NCBI RefSeq assembly: GCF_006345805.1
Contig: NC_043013.1
Location: 49,786,001 to 49,850,000, forward strand
Direction: 5' to 3'
From: Octopus sinensis
Taxonomy: Eukaryota
Length of the DNA: 64,000 nt
Below are positions 62,699 through 64,000 of this stretch, piece by piece. The position numbers and the translations under genes were made by a program. Under the pieces are notes generated by a model. It did not search any database and was not told where the DNA came from. It saw only the letters and a list, made by a program, of their open reading frames with translations. How positions within the stretch are numbered: position 1 is the first letter of the stretch; every line of letters begins with the position of its first letter.

Positions 62699-63110
62699 AG
62701 GCGCAGGAGTGGCTGTGTGGTAAGTAGCTTGCTTACCAACCACATGGTTCCGGGTTCAGTCCCACTGCGTGGCACCTTGGGAAAATGTCTTCTGCTATAG
62801 CCTCGGGCCGACCAAAGCCTTGTGAGTGGATTTGGTAGACGGAAACTGAAAGAAGCCAGTCGTATATATGTATATATATGTATGTGCATGTATGTTTGTG
62901 TGTGTGTTTGTCCCCCTAGCATTGCTTGACAACCGATGCTGGTGTGTTTATGTCCCCGTCACTTAGCTGTTCGGCAAAAGAGTCCGATAGGATAAGTACT
63001 GGGCTTACAAAGAATAAGTCCCGGGGTCGATTTGCTCGACTAAAGGTGGTGCTCCAGCATGGCCGCAGTCAAATGACTGAAACAAGTAAAAGAGTAAAGA
63101 GTAAAAGAGA
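62699..63110 (+). mobile_element. Abundant tRNA-derived SINE with internal (TA/TG)n microsatellite
   Basis: Head ggcgcaggagtggctgtgtgg...gggttcagtccc, tail (gtaaaaga)n. Copies + 26727-27310, 32067-32545, 41100-41480; copies - 471-872, 2518-2890, 11063-11462, 28744-29140, 36350-36775, 45325-45865. Confidence 0.88.
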
Positions 63111-63499
63111 GAGACTAGATTTTAATTTGTGCAGGGAGTTCAGGTGTATTTTCTGATAGCAGATCTTCCTTACCCTATCACTGATTTTTTGCATCATATG
63201 GTCTTCTTGTTGACTTGAGAAATAAGAAACTACTTAACTCAGAGGTTTGTCAATAAAAAGTATGAGCGTGAAACCCACCACTTTCTATACTTTGATAAGA
63301 TAGTGAATCTGAGGAAGTTGTAATGAAATCTTTTACCTTCTATTTAAAGCAAACAAGAGGATGCTAACTAGGAAGTTAAACTGATTTGTGTTCAAACTAA
63401 TTTTGTTTGCTGAGAAGTGGACCTCCAGCTCAACAAAACACACTGCTGGATCTCTTGTCCAGGATAGGGTAAAACAGGACAGTGCAACCTGCATGGCTA

Positions 63500-63597
63500 G
63501 TTAGGGTTTTAGGGTTTATGGTTAGGGTTAGGGCTAGGGCTAGGTTTTTAGGGTTAGGGTTAGAGTGTTAGGGTTAGGGTTTTAGGATTAGGGTTAA
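63500..63597 (+). repeat. Degenerate (TTAGGG)n telomere-like tract
   Basis: ttagggttttagggtttatggttagggttagggctagggc...gggttagggttttaggattagggtt. Confidence 0.8.
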
Positions 63598-64000
63598 TGT
63601 TGGGGAAAAGTCAAAATTAAAGAATTTGGGGCAGGGAAAGGTGGGGAATTTCACAATGCCGATTTTTGGCAATTTTCCGAAACCTCCGTATCCGAAAACA
63701 GGGACCTTTGGCAAAAAAATCTTTTAAATAAACAAATTTGGGAGAAAATGGTGGGGGACGAACAGAAGTCTTTCCGAATTTTTTTCCAACAAATTTTTAC
63801 ATACACTTAATCTACAGGATCTAAGCGATTATTTGTTGAAAGTTTCGTTTAAAAGTATCCATTTTTCTGAAAGTTGGGATGCAACAAATCTGGCAGGGTA
63901 TGAATCTGTAGTTATGCCTGCACTTCTACCTTTTCCTTTTTGCACATTAAATCCGATATAACTGTAATCTACATTATTTGAAAGGTATTCATAGAAACTT

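Noticed and set aside
63169-63200. KSVIG|gtaagg as CFAP52 exon 1
   Set aside because: Phase 2 (phase 1 needed), and an in-frame TGA lies just upstream.
63818-63897. Exon-like segment on + (ctacag|...G|gtatga; DLSDYLLKVSF...) and an open minus frame to the window end
   Set aside because: No recognisable homology and no partner exons in the window; cannot be supported.

Overview
AT-rich, repeat-dense eukaryotic DNA. The SINE, RTE and microsatellite content looks like an Octopus/cephalopod genome (inference). One protein-coding gene runs through the window on the minus strand: CFAP52/WDR16, a ciliary WD40 microtubule-inner protein. I reconstructed 11 coding exons between 59573 and 10201, all GT-AG and phase-consistent (1853 nt). 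The first coding exon was not found. The terminal exon and its polyA signal are tandemly duplicated (919-bp period) between RTE-tail repeats. Introns and flanks are filled with decayed mobile DNA: tRNA-derived SINEs, RTE LINEs and their 3' tails, mariner/Tc1, piggyBac, hAT and mariner MITEs, Helitron, Gypsy, R4/Dong-like, Tx1-like and Penelope-like remnants. The most unusual signal is a set of hammerhead-ribozyme (HHR) motifs, found by eye, in three different small repeat families. One is a 353-bp, hairpin-rich, terminally redundant retrozyme-like unit. Another is a tRNA-headed SINE-like element carrying a Penelope-type minimal HHR. The third has a variant CUGUAGA core. Other notable items are a perfectly palindromic 5' splice site, a 14-copy 67-bp module array inside an RTE tail, and several long intronic inverted repeats. 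The other long ORFs in the track are repeat artefacts or transposon fragments.
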